A program made the translations under genes and the position numbers. A DNA stretch of 64,000 bases from Bdellovibrio sp. ZAP7. Its GTDB lineage: Bacteria > Bdellovibrionota_B > Oligoflexia > Oligoflexales > RGVZ01. The stretch is taken from NCBI GenBank assembly GCA_945900755.1, contig CAMDKS010000003.1, positions 17,031 through 81,030 on the forward strand. The letters are read 5' to 3'. Numbering within the stretch: position 1 is the first letter of the stretch; every line of letters begins with the position of its first letter. This document shows positions 9,358 through 17,986 of this stretch, one piece after another. The notes beneath the pieces were generated by a model. That model saw only the letters and a program-made list of their open reading frames with translations. It had not been told where the DNA came from and ran no database searches.

Positions 9358-10179
9358 TTATTTCCGGCTTTGGATCGACGTTCGTTGGCGCAAGGCTTCA
9401 TACATAAACACACCAGCGGCAACCGAAATGTTGAGACTGTCACAAAGTCCGTTCATCGGAATAATTGCGGATTCATCTAATTGGCTCATTGTAGCTTTGG
9501 ATAGCCCGGTAGCTTCACAGCCAAACAAGACGGCCAGAGGTCCACGCAAATCAGCATCATAGATACTTTTGCTTTCGGATGACAAGGCGGCACCGAGTAA
9601 TTTAACTCCCTGTTGCTTGCACCACTTAAAAAATTCTGGGCCTTCAGCATGAACTACTGGCATAGAAAAAACTCCCCCCAAACTTGAGCGGATTACATTT
9701 GCGTTCCAGACATCTACGGCTTTTCCAAGTACAACCACGCCGTGAGCACCTGCACCATCAGCCGTTCGAAGGACTGCTCCGAGATTTCCTGGTTTTTCAA
9801 CATCCTCGACCACAACTACAAATATTGGAGCCGTGGCCGCATTATTTTCGATGTCGGAAAATGCATTTTTCTTCTGCGAAAAAACAGCGACCAAACCGTC
9901 AAATCCCTCTCGGGTCGCGATTTTTGCAAAGGCCTCCTTCGAGACTTCCGCCCTGCGCGGGCTACTCACCGAGTCGACAAGCAACCTTCCGGAAGCATCC
10001 AGCTCTTGAGGGCAATAGAAAAAATCTTCCATGATAAAATTGGAAGCCATCGCTCTTTGAATTTCACGGCGACCTTCCACGACAAAGGAATGCTCGGCGC
10101 GTTCACCCCTACGGTCTTTAAGGCGCACGAGATCTTTGATCGTCTGATTGGATGGACTGGCGATAACTATGAGGCTCAT
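9358..10179 (-). CDS. TrmH/SpoU-family RNA 2'-O-methyltransferase
   Basis: SpoU motifs NLGAVLRTADGAG, LFGCEATGLS and IPMNGLCDSLNISVAAGVFMYE, plus an N-terminal substrate-binding domain. Confidence 0.85.
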   Translation of the reverse strand: MSLIVIASPSNQTIKDLVRLKDRRGERAEHSFVVEGRREIQRAMASNFIMEDFFYCPQELDASGRLLVDSVSSPRRAEVSKEAFAKIATREGFDGLVAVFSQKKNAFSDIENNAATAPIFVVVVEDVEKPGNLGAVLRTADGAGAHGVVVLGKAVDVWNANVIRSSLGGVFSMPVVHAEGPEFFKWCKQQGVKLLGAALSSESKSIYDADLRGPLAVLFGCEATGLSKATMSQLDESAIIPMNGLCDSLNISVAAGVFMYEALRQRTSIQSRK

Positions 10180-10182
10180 GGG

Positions 10183-11040
10183 TTACGACTTGTTTCGAAT
10201 GAACAATGCGCTGGCGCCACTTGGGAGTGCGCGTCCGGATTCTTGCTCAGCAATGGTCATCTCGCGAGTTTCGAGCACTCCTAAATTAGTATCTACAATA
10301 TCTGATAGCAAATTTTGAAGAGCCATTGGCGTGTATCCCGTGCTATGGCAAGAAAGAAGAATAAACAAGTAGTCGTCGTCAAGAATGAGTTTAAGATTTT
10401 CTAGTAGTAGCACCAAGTGGTCTTCGACCTGCCAGACTTCGTTATTAGTTCCGCGTCCAAAACTTGGTGGGTCAAGAATAATGCCGTGATACTTACTGCC
10501 ACGACGAACTTCCCGCTCAACAAATTTTTGAACGTCATCGACGATCCAGCGGATCGGTTTGTTGGCTACCCCACTCGCCTCGGCATTTTCCCGAGCCCAT
10601 GCCACACTTGTTTTAGAGGCATCCAGGTGCACGACTTTTGCCCCAGCAGAAGCACAGGCTAGGGTTGATCCTCCCGTGTAAGCAAACAAATTCAATACAC
10701 TAATTTCTTTTGGTTGGTTCAAAATTAACCGGTGCAGTGTATCCCAATTTGCATCTTGTTCGGGAAAAATTCCTAGGTGACCAAAATCCGTTAACGAGAT
10801 AACTAATTTTACCGGCCCTTGCTCTATCGTCCAATTTTGGGGAAGTGCGCGATTGTGAATCGTCCATTTTCCGTCGCCACCACTGGCACGATTAAAGGTC
10901 GCATCAACTTTCTTCCAGACATCATCCCCGAGCCGAGGCTTCCAAACCGCTTGAGCTGCTGGCCGCACGAATCTGTAGGGTCCAACTTGCTCGACTTTCT
11001 GAAAGTTTCCGCAGTCTATTAATTTATAATCATATTTCAT
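10183..11040 (-). CDS. class I SAM-dependent methyltransferase (RlmI-like catalytic domain, no PUA domain)
   Basis: LNLFAYTGGSTLACASAGAKVVHLDASK and IILDPPSFG motifs. 3-nt gap to the downstream TrmH gene. Confidence 0.75.
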   Translation of the reverse strand: MKYDYKLIDCGNFQKVEQVGPYRFVRPAAQAVWKPRLGDDVWKKVDATFNRASGGDGKWTIHNRALPQNWTIEQGPVKLVISLTDFGHLGIFPEQDANWDTLHRLILNQPKEISVLNLFAYTGGSTLACASAGAKVVHLDASKTSVAWARENAEASGVANKPIRWIVDDVQKFVEREVRRGSKYHGIILDPPSFGRGTNNEVWQVEDHLVLLLENLKLILDDDYLFILLSCHSTGYTPMALQNLLSDIVDTNLGVLETREMTIAEQESGRALPSGASALFIRNKS

Positions 11041-11217
11041 GAGCTAAAACTCCCTAGATTTGGCTTATTAACCATAAAATAGTATTGAAATCAATAGAAT
11101 ATGCTCTTTTTCAGGTCAAGATAGTAATAGATTTTAGTGCTAGACGTATTAGATTTGTAAAATCATGAGTTTAACCAAATCTCATGTGGAAGTGGACGGT
11201 CTAATCACCAGTTTTAA

Positions 11218-11245
11218 GCGGGCAGCATAATAAAGCGGTAGTACA
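11218..11245 (+). repeat. copy 1 of the 18-nt core repeat TAATAAAGCGGTAGTACA (28-nt match to copy 4)
   Basis: GCGGGCAGCATAATAAAGCGGTAGTACA differs at one position from the reverse complement of 47650..47677. Confidence 0.9.
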
Positions 11246-11296
11246 CCTTTTTTGTGGTAACATCAAGTGTAATGCTAGCACTCGGAGGACAGGCCA

Positions 11297-11701
11297 TTGA
11301 CAAAAACCGACGAGAAGAAATTAGTGCAATACTGGTCGACTTTGTCGGAGCACGATTGGGAGGTCATGCGTACGCTCTATAAAGGAAAAGTATTTGCTCA
11401 AGCACTATTTTTTCTTCATCTATCATTGGAAAAATTAATTAAATCGCAAATTGTGAAAGAATCTGGGGGGCACGCCCCATTTAGTCACGACTTGCCGTAC
11501 CTAGTAGGGAAAACAAGTTTGGAAGTTCCTGAACAAATCGTTGAGCAACTTAGGACAATAACAAGCTTCAATATGGAGGCTCGTTATCCGGATGAAAAAA
11601 TGGGGTTTTATAAGAAGGCTGACAAAAAATATACCTCCGAATGGATTGAGAGCGGAACAAGGATAAAGTTATGGCTAAAAAGTCAATTCGCAAAGAAGTA
11701 G
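11297..11701 (+). CDS. HEPN domain protein (toxin-like partner of the nucleotidyltransferase)
   Basis: 134 aa, helical, with an ...NMEARYPDE... motif typical of HEPN proteins paired with minimal nucleotidyltransferases. TTG start with GGAGGA 7 nt upstream. 31-nt overlap with the MNT gene. Confidence 0.65.
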   Translation: MTKTDEKKLVQYWSTLSEHDWEVMRTLYKGKVFAQALFFLHLSLEKLIKSQIVKESGGHAPFSHDLPYLVGKTSLEVPEQIVEQLRTITSFNMEARYPDEKMGFYKKADKKYTSEWIESGTRIKLWLKSQFAKK

Positions 11702-11988
11702 TCTCCCTCAAAAAGGCCCTCAAAAAGCGAAATGTGCCGGTAAAAATGTTGGTGCTATTTGGATCTCACGCCAGAGATATGGCGACTGAGCATAGTGATG
11801 TTGACATTTGTGTGGTTTGTGAAACTGGAAAAATCAAAGACCCAAAGAACCTACAAAGCCGCCTCAATTGCGATATGGGGTTGGCAGGCATTAATATGGA
11901 CGTTATTGTGACTACATATAAAGACTTCAAGCAGAACATGATTTCACCGATACTCCATGAAATTAGAACCTATGGTAAGGTGTTGTGA
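11671..11988 (+). CDS. minimal nucleotidyltransferase (MNT) domain protein
   Basis: LFGSHARDMATEHSDVDICVV matches the G[SG]-x(9-13)-DxD signature of the Pol-beta superfamily. Confidence 0.8.
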   Translation: MAKKSIRKEVVSLKKALKKRNVPVKMLVLFGSHARDMATEHSDVDICVVCETGKIKDPKNLQSRLNCDMGLAGINMDVIVTTYKDFKQNMISPILHEIRTYGKVL

Positions 11989-12013
11989 CCTGTAGTGCCG
12001 CAACAATCAATGT

Positions 12014-12040
12014 TAATAAAGCGGTAGTACAGGTAGTACA
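12014..12040 (+). repeat. copy 2 of the 18-nt core repeat, with a 9-nt internal duplication (GGTAGTACA x2)
   Basis: TAATAAAGCGGTAGTACAGGTAGTACA, in the same orientation as copy 1. Confidence 0.9.
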
Positions 12041-12051
12041 ATAAACAAAAC

Positions 12052-12084
12052 AAGGGCGAGGGAGTTGAAAACCCCCTCGCCCTT
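12052..12084. terminator. bidirectional rho-independent terminator
   Basis: Perfect 11-bp stem AAGGGCGAGGG / CCCTCGCCCTT with an 11-nt loop, A/T-rich on both sides, between convergent genes. Confidence 0.7.
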
Positions 12085-12101
12085 ATTTATTGGTGTCTAA
12101 A

Positions 12102-12803
12102 TTAGTTTGTACACTCACCGTCAGCAGCTTCGTGACCGACAACGCGAAGAACCCAATCACCGCGAAGGCCGTAAGCTACACTGTAGTTCCAACCGCCAGG
12201 AATAGCCATTAAAGTGTTTTTCTTAGGATTAGAAAGTCCATCAACGTCACGATAGACGCTTGGCAACCCAGCATGAGTAAACTCAAGAGCTGCGCCAATG
12301 AGTTCGCCGCCTTTTGCACAGCCAAGTTGACGACCATCACCGATTGCAGGAATATCATTCCAGTATGGGCCGGGAGTGATGTCAGCTGCGTTCTCGATAT
12401 CACGAGGCATAGACGGAGAATAGGCACCGTTTCCTGCGATTCCCATAGAAAAGAAAATAGCGGCACCGAGAATACTTGGATCAGCAGGCGTCATATTAAC
12501 ATTGCCCATTAAAACTCGGAAAAAATCGATTTTCATTTTTTTCACCGTGGCTGGAACTTCAAGCCAAACTCCAACTTGTTCGCCAGAAACAAATCCTTGT
12601 TGGATGAATGCAGAGCCATCATTGTCATTGAACGAATCGTTCTTAAGAACAATTTGAGTGGCCGAAGCAACTTCGGACATCGGTGTTTTAAACGTCATGA
12701 CCGACTCGCCTTTTGAACCGTCAAAAGCGAATGATTGGGATGCCATTGACAAGACACTTAGAGTAGATACAGAAAATACCAGAACGGAATGTGCTAGTTT
12801 CAT
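12102..12803 (-). CDS. secreted hypothetical protein
   Basis: ORF trimmed to MKLAHSVLVFSVSTLSVLSMASQSFA (signal peptide), with GGAGG 5 nt upstream of the ATG at 12803. I recognise no family. Confidence 0.5.
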   Translation of the reverse strand: MKLAHSVLVFSVSTLSVLSMASQSFAFDGSKGESVMTFKTPMSEVASATQIVLKNDSFNDNDGSAFIQQGFVSGEQVGVWLEVPATVKKMKIDFFRVLMGNVNMTPADPSILGAAIFFSMGIAGNGAYSPSMPRDIENAADITPGPYWNDIPAIGDGRQLGCAKGGELIGAALEFTHAGLPSVYRDVDGLSNPKKNTLMAIPGGWNYSVAYGLRGDWVLRVVGHEAADGECTN

Positions 12804-13005
12804 AATGCCTCCATGCAATTTTTGAAAAAAATAGTTTCTAATTTGAAGGTAGCAAAGGTTCATCGCCATGTCAAAACTATTTGACGGGCACTTTTTTTTA
12901 CAACTAACCTACTTATTTAATGCGCAAAGCTCAGTCAGCCGCAAGTGAAAATTCGCCCTATTTGCCGCAAATGGCCGCGTTAAAATGTATTACTTGTAGA
13001 AATGC

Positions 13006-13773
13006 TTATGACTCAAAAGATTCGTTTTTAATTTGCGCGTCAGGCACGCCCTTTGCTCGGGCAACCGCTCCCGTGAGGTCCATGATCGCGGTTGGGCCAC
13101 AAGACATAAATGTAGTATTGGCGAAATCATTATTGACCGCCTTAATGATCTGGTCAGACGTGATGCGACCTTGCCAGAAATTTGCGGGTGCCGATGGATC
13201 CCTAGACAAGGTAACAACGACCTGGCAACCGGCAATCTTGGCGAACGCTTCTAAGTCTTTAGCCAGAATTAAATCTTGTCGACTCTTGTAAGAGACCAAT
13301 AGAGTCATACGTTTTGGTGCGCCCGTCGTACCAATCTTGTCAGCGTACTCACGCATAATGCTGACAAAGGGAGTGACGCCACTTCCTGCAGCCACCATCA
13401 CGAGGTGTTCGCGATCTTTTTCAGGCTCGTAAATAAATCTGCCAATGGGCCCCCTAGCCCTTAAGACGTCACCAACTTTAATATTGTCACACAGCCAATT
13501 GGAGATGATTCCCTTTTCGACACGCTTAACCGTAAATCCACAGATGTCACCTTGGTTCGTTGACGATGACATTGTGTAACTTCGCACAATCGGCTTTTCG
13601 GCTACGCCATCAAATCTAAACGTTAAATACTGGCCCGCCCAATAATCCCAGGGACGTCCTCCTTCGTCGCTATCGACCAACACAAATGTTTTTGTGTCGT
13701 GAGTTTCCACGATAACTTGCTGTACTTTGAGATTCATCCAGCCGCGCTTTACGCGGCGATTTACGTTGTCCAT
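13006..13773 (-). CDS. ferredoxin-NADP reductase-type FAD/NAD(P)-binding oxidoreductase
   Basis: RSYTMSS (RxYS FAD motif) and MVAAGSGVTPF (NAD(P) motif). No Fe-S domain. Confidence 0.8.
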   Translation of the reverse strand: MDNVNRRVKRGWMNLKVQQVIVETHDTKTFVLVDSDEGGRPWDYWAGQYLTFRFDGVAEKPIVRSYTMSSSTNQGDICGFTVKRVEKGIISNWLCDNIKVGDVLRARGPIGRFIYEPEKDREHLVMVAAGSGVTPFVSIMREYADKIGTTGAPKRMTLLVSYKSRQDLILAKDLEAFAKIAGCQVVVTLSRDPSAPANFWQGRITSDQIIKAVNNDFANTTFMSCGPTAIMDLTGAVARAKGVPDAQIKNESFES

Positions 13774-13784
13774 TCTAAGTCCAC

Positions 13785-14789
13785 CTATCTAGGTAAATTT
13801 GAAACCGCTTGAGCGTACTCAACCACGAGCCTCGTCACTAATTCCTCACACGTCGGAATATCACGGATCATCCCTGATACTTGCCCGATTTCTAGTTCAC
13901 CATTTTCCAAATCCCCGTCGAGCATTCCGGCCTTGGCACGGCCTTTTCCGAGAAGGGTGTGGAGCTCCTCGACTGTTCCACCGCGTTGTTCCAGGGATGA
14001 GACTTCGTCGTAAAATTTATTTTTCAACAGGCGTACTGGCACACCCTTTTTCATGCACAGCATGGTTGATCCTGGAGTCGATTGGATAATGGCTTGCCGA
14101 AAATTTGGGTGAGCTGAACTTTCCACCGTTGCCGCAAATCGGCTTCCCATTTGAACGCCCGATGCTCCGAGGGCGAAGGCTGCACAAATTTGGCGGCCGT
14201 CTCCAATACCACCCGCCGCAATCACTGGAATTTTTACGGCGTCGACGACTTCAGGAATCAGCACCATCGTTGTAATTTCGTCACGTCCATTGTGCCCCCC
14301 CGCCTCAAAGCCCTCAGCGACGACTGCGTCAACGCCTGCGTCTTCGCATTTTTTGGCTAGGTCTGGCGTGGATGTTACATGGACAACAATGCAGTTGTTG
14401 CCCTTAAGCATTCCAGTGTATTTCTTAGGGCTGCCTGCCGACGTAAAGAATACCTTGATACCGAGATCAAGACACAAAGCAATCTGCTCCTCGATGCCGT
14501 GATAGAGAAGTGGAAGGTTTACGGCCAAAGGATTTTTTGTCAATGCCTTGGCCTTAAGAATATGATGTTTTAGCAGGTCAAGATTCATGGAGCCTGCTCC
14601 AATGATGCCAAGAGCTCCCGCATTGGACGCTGCCGCCGCAAGTTTGCCACCAGAGACCCAAACCATCCCCGCCTGAATAATGGGAAGGCGAGTGCCAAAC
14701 AATTTCACGACCCTGTTACTAGAGAAGTCTACGGATTGCGTGTGAGACTGGGACTTAACTCCTGAAAATTTATTCATGTCGGTTGCCAT
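13785..14789 (-). CDS. nitronate monooxygenase / FabK-family FMN oxidoreductase
   Basis: TIM-barrel FMN motifs: PIIQAGMVWVSG, EAGGH and AAGGIGDGRQ. Confidence 0.8.
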   Translation of the reverse strand: MATDMNKFSGVKSQSHTQSVDFSSNRVVKLFGTRLPIIQAGMVWVSGGKLAAAASNAGALGIIGAGSMNLDLLKHHILKAKALTKNPLAVNLPLLYHGIEEQIALCLDLGIKVFFTSAGSPKKYTGMLKGNNCIVVHVTSTPDLAKKCEDAGVDAVVAEGFEAGGHNGRDEITTMVLIPEVVDAVKIPVIAAGGIGDGRQICAAFALGASGVQMGSRFAATVESSAHPNFRQAIIQSTPGSTMLCMKKGVPVRLLKNKFYDEVSSLEQRGGTVEELHTLLGKGRAKAGMLDGDLENGELEIGQVSGMIRDIPTCEELVTRLVVEYAQAVSNLPR

Positions 14790-14946
14790 CCATGGGGCTA
14801 GGTTTCAAAATTCTTATTGGACGTGCCAAGCTATTGTAGAATATTGCAGGATATTGGTGAATTGAGCAAATGATTGCTGAGTTAGTGCAATTTTTGGTGA
14901 TATAGTATTCTGACATTTATTCTATAACAATCTGGAGGGCAGTCCA

Positions 14947-16830
14947 TTGTCTCAAATTCGAAGTGCCAACAATAGCCAGATTACCACATCTTTAGCGGCT
15001 TTGGGAGTTGTCTTTGGCGACATTGGGACAAGCCCTCTCTATGCCATGCGTGAATGTTTTACGGGTAGTCATGGCGTCTCGCTTACCCCATCTAACATTT
15101 TTGGAGTTTTGTCGCTTATCCTATGGTCTTTAATATTTATCGTCTCGGTGAAATATCTAGCGTTCGTTATGAGAGCCGACAATAAGGGCGAGGGCGGAAT
15201 TCTAGCCCTGATGGCTCTACTCCTGCCAAAGGATGACCGTAAAGTTCGGAAGTATATTCAGCCCGTGGTCGCCATGGGTCTTGCGGGTGCTGTGCTTCTG
15301 TACGGCGACGGAATCATCACACCAGCTATTACAGTCCTCGGGGCTGTCGAGGGATTAAAAGTTGTGACCCCACTTTTTGAGCCCTATGTCATGCTCATTT
15401 CCCTTGGAATCATCATCGGGCTGTTTCTTATTCAGAGCAAAGGCACTGCAACGATAGGCAAGGTTTTTGGCCCAGTGATTCTTCTTTGGTTTGTCGTTTT
15501 GGCGGTCATGGGTGTTTACGGTATTTCAATGAATACCGGAATATTTGCAGCATTAAATCCTGGTCACGGAGTTTCATTTTTACTCGAAAACAAATTTCAT
15601 GGTTTTGTCGTGTTAGGTAGTATTTTCTTAGTCGTCACAGGGGGAGAAGCTCTATATGCCGACATGGGACACTTTGGACTTAAGCCCATACAGATGGGCT
15701 GGTTTTTTGTGGCACTTCCTTCGTTGCTGCTGCACTATTTCGGGCAAGGAGCACTTCTCCTAACTGTGCCCGAAGCGATTGCAAACCCGTTTTACGCATT
15801 GGCACCGTCCCAGCTTATATATCCATTGGTGGCACTTTCCACGGCAGCAGCCGTCATTGCGTCGCAAGCTTTGATTACTGGAGCGTTTTCCCTAACTCAG
15901 CAGGCTGTCCATCTAGGATTTTTACCGCGAATTAAAATTAAGCATACATCTGCTACCGAGCAAGGACAAATTTATATTCCATTTGCCAATTGGGCACTGA
16001 TGATTGGTACCGTGTTTGTAGTGGTCATGTTCAAAAATTCTAGCGCACTTGCCGCAGCGTACGGTATTGCTGTCACTGGTACGATGGCTATTACAACGAT
16101 CCTAACCTGTTTGGTGGCCTATCGACTCTGGCACTGGAATCTTGTGGCCGTTTGGACTGCTGCAATAGTGCTGTTAACCATAGATTTGGCTTTTCTTGGT
16201 GCCAATGCCCTAAAGATTGTTCACGGCGGATGGTTTCCTTTGTTGTTGGGACTCGGACTTTTTGTAATCATGACAACATGGAAGAGGGGGCGCCAAATAT
16301 TAGCCTCTCGAGTTCTATCTGCCATGAAACCCTTGGACCGATTTGTTGCCGAGACGGTGCCGTTGGTTAAGTTCAGGGTGCCAGGTGTGGCCGTTATGTT
16401 GACGGGTCGAACAGAAGGAATTCCGCCTGCACTCGCGCATAATTTGAAAATCAATAAAATTATTCACGAAAAGGTTATTTTGCTGACCGTGCTCACTCTC
16501 GACGTCGCCCATTGCGACGTAGCAGCTGAGCTATCGGTAGAGCCGGTGGGACCTGATTTTTACCGAGTTATTGCTCGTTACGGCTTCATGGACGAGCCAA
16601 ATGTCCCTGATGTCATCAGATTGTGCCAACAAAAGGGCCTGCCCGTAGATCCCGCGTCAGCCATCTATATTATCGGACGAGAAACGCTCATAGCCACAGA
16701 GGATCCCGGAATGGCTCTTTGGCGCGAGCAGCTATTCGCGTTTATGACCAGAAATGCCCAGAGTGCAATGACCTACTTCTCGTTGCCCGAGAAGCAGGTC
16801 ATTGAAATTGGGGTACAAATAAGAATTTAA
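14947..16830 (+). CDS. kup: KUP/HAK/KT potassium uptake protein
   Basis: GVVFGDIGTSPLYA near the N-terminus, about 12 TM segments and a cytoplasmic C-terminal domain. TTG start. Confidence 0.9.
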   Translation: MSQIRSANNSQITTSLAALGVVFGDIGTSPLYAMRECFTGSHGVSLTPSNIFGVLSLILWSLIFIVSVKYLAFVMRADNKGEGGILALMALLLPKDDRKVRKYIQPVVAMGLAGAVLLYGDGIITPAITVLGAVEGLKVVTPLFEPYVMLISLGIIIGLFLIQSKGTATIGKVFGPVILLWFVVLAVMGVYGISMNTGIFAALNPGHGVSFLLENKFHGFVVLGSIFLVVTGGEALYADMGHFGLKPIQMGWFFVALPSLLLHYFGQGALLLTVPEAIANPFYALAPSQLIYPLVALSTAAAVIASQALITGAFSLTQQAVHLGFLPRIKIKHTSATEQGQIYIPFANWALMIGTVFVVVMFKNSSALAAAYGIAVTGTMAITTILTCLVAYRLWHWNLVAVWTAAIVLLTIDLAFLGANALKIVHGGWFPLLLGLGLFVIMTTWKRGRQILASRVLSAMKPLDRFVAETVPLVKFRVPGVAVMLTGRTEGIPPALAHNLKINKIIHEKVILLTVLTLDVAHCDVAAELSVEPVGPDFYRVIARYGFMDEPNVPDVIRLCQQKGLPVDPASAIYIIGRETLIATEDPGMALWREQLFAFMTRNAQSAMTYFSLPEKQVIEIGVQIRI

Positions 16831-16862
16831 AACTTATGAAGCATCAAGTCCACTAAACTGGA

Positions 16863-17627
16863 CTATTTCAAGTTTACAAATGGAACAGAGCTACCCATCA
16901 TATACTGGGGTAGCTTTCCATCCCATTTTTGAACGGCCTCGTAGTCGACGAGCCCTTTATTGGCCTGCAAAGCTTGGGAGCGAATTCTCATTGATTTAGC
17001 TTCCGCTTCGGCGGCGATTACTTTTTGTTTAGCTTGTTCTTCAACTTCAACGGTTTTGTTTTTTGATTCCGAAGCTTTTTGCACAGCGATCACTTTGGCC
17101 TCAACGGCTTTTTCGTAGCCATCATCAAAATCAAGATTCGTAAAATCAATTCTCGTCACGACGATGTCCCGAGTCCGAAGACTTTCGACGAGTTGTTTGA
17201 AAACTGCAATTTTGGCTTCCTCGCGCTTTCCAACAAGGTCATCAGCAATATACTTACCAACAACGTCTTTAATGGAGCCCAAGGTCGCCGGCATCACCAT
17301 TTTTTTATCCCAATCCCAACCAAACTGCCGGTATATTTCGTTTACCTTTGTAGGGTCCGGATAGTAGGTCATGGCAAATGTAATGTTTACATTTTGAGTG
17401 TCGCGTGTAAAAGCTGGAGTGGTGTGCTCTAGTTTCTGCTCACGCACCTCAAATTCAGCGATGGCCGATGTGATTGGATTGTAAAAATGAAGACCTTCCG
17501 GCAAAGGCTCTCCTACTACTTTCCCAAATTCAGTTTGAATTCCTCGAAATCCAGTGTTGACTTGTTTAAAGCCACAGCTCACTAACGAAATAGTTGCTGC
17601 AGATATTATTAAGATTGAGGTGTTCAT
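16863..17627 (-). CDS. SPFH/Band-7 (prohibitin-like) lipoprotein
   Basis: LVSCG lipobox, followed by an SPFH domain and a coiled-coil tail (EEQAKQKVIAAEAEAKS). Confidence 0.8.
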   Translation of the reverse strand: MNTSILIISAATISLVSCGFKQVNTGFRGIQTEFGKVVGEPLPEGLHFYNPITSAIAEFEVREQKLEHTTPAFTRDTQNVNITFAMTYYPDPTKVNEIYRQFGWDWDKKMVMPATLGSIKDVVGKYIADDLVGKREEAKIAVFKQLVESLRTRDIVVTRIDFTNLDFDDGYEKAVEAKVIAVQKASESKNKTVEVEEQAKQKVIAAEAEAKSMRIRSQALQANKGLVDYEAVQKWDGKLPQYMMGSSVPFVNLK

Positions 17628-17745
17628 GGTGTTAGTTTCTCCAGCTATTGTGTGTGGGTCCTGTCGGGGCCGAGCCTACAGTAATCAATCTTTCCTGCAA
17701 CACGTTTGGGCTTAAGATTTGTTCAAAACTGTGGATTTTCGACAT

Positions 17746-17779
17746 GTTACGCGCCAACAAAAATCCATTGGCGCGTAAC
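17746..17779. promoter_or_regulatory. perfect 12-bp inverted repeat in a divergent promoter region
   Basis: GTTACGCGCCAA-N10-TTGGCGCGTAAC. The loop sequence AAAATCCA is complementary to TGGATTTT at 17732..17739. Confidence 0.5.
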
Positions 17780-17986
17780 AAAGGGTACCCAATGGTATAG
17801 AAATGATATTCAATACGACATCTTGGCTTGTTCATTCATAAAACTCATGGAATTTACGTCAATATGGCTGAATTGTAATAGTTTTAATTGATTATGTAAG
17901 TAAATGTCTTGATAAAGGGGTCCACTTTAGGTACATCTGAATTTTTGAACATCGTCCAATGCACCATTATTTTTAGGAGAGCCCCC

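Noticed and set aside
12804-12869. N-terminal extensions of tracked ORFs. The same applies at 17909..17986, 28947..29057, 36648..36758, 43160..43195 and 44881..44904.
   Set aside because: Internal start codons have better SD spacing, restore signal peptides or lipoboxes or conserved N-termini, and remove overlaps with neighbouring genes.
14790-14946. Possible c-di-AMP (ydaO/kimA-type) riboswitch upstream of kup.
   Set aside because: The 157-nt leader is AT-rich, with no pseudo-two-fold symmetric helices or conserved ACGGGG/CCC-type elements visible. There is nothing beyond a plausible promoter.
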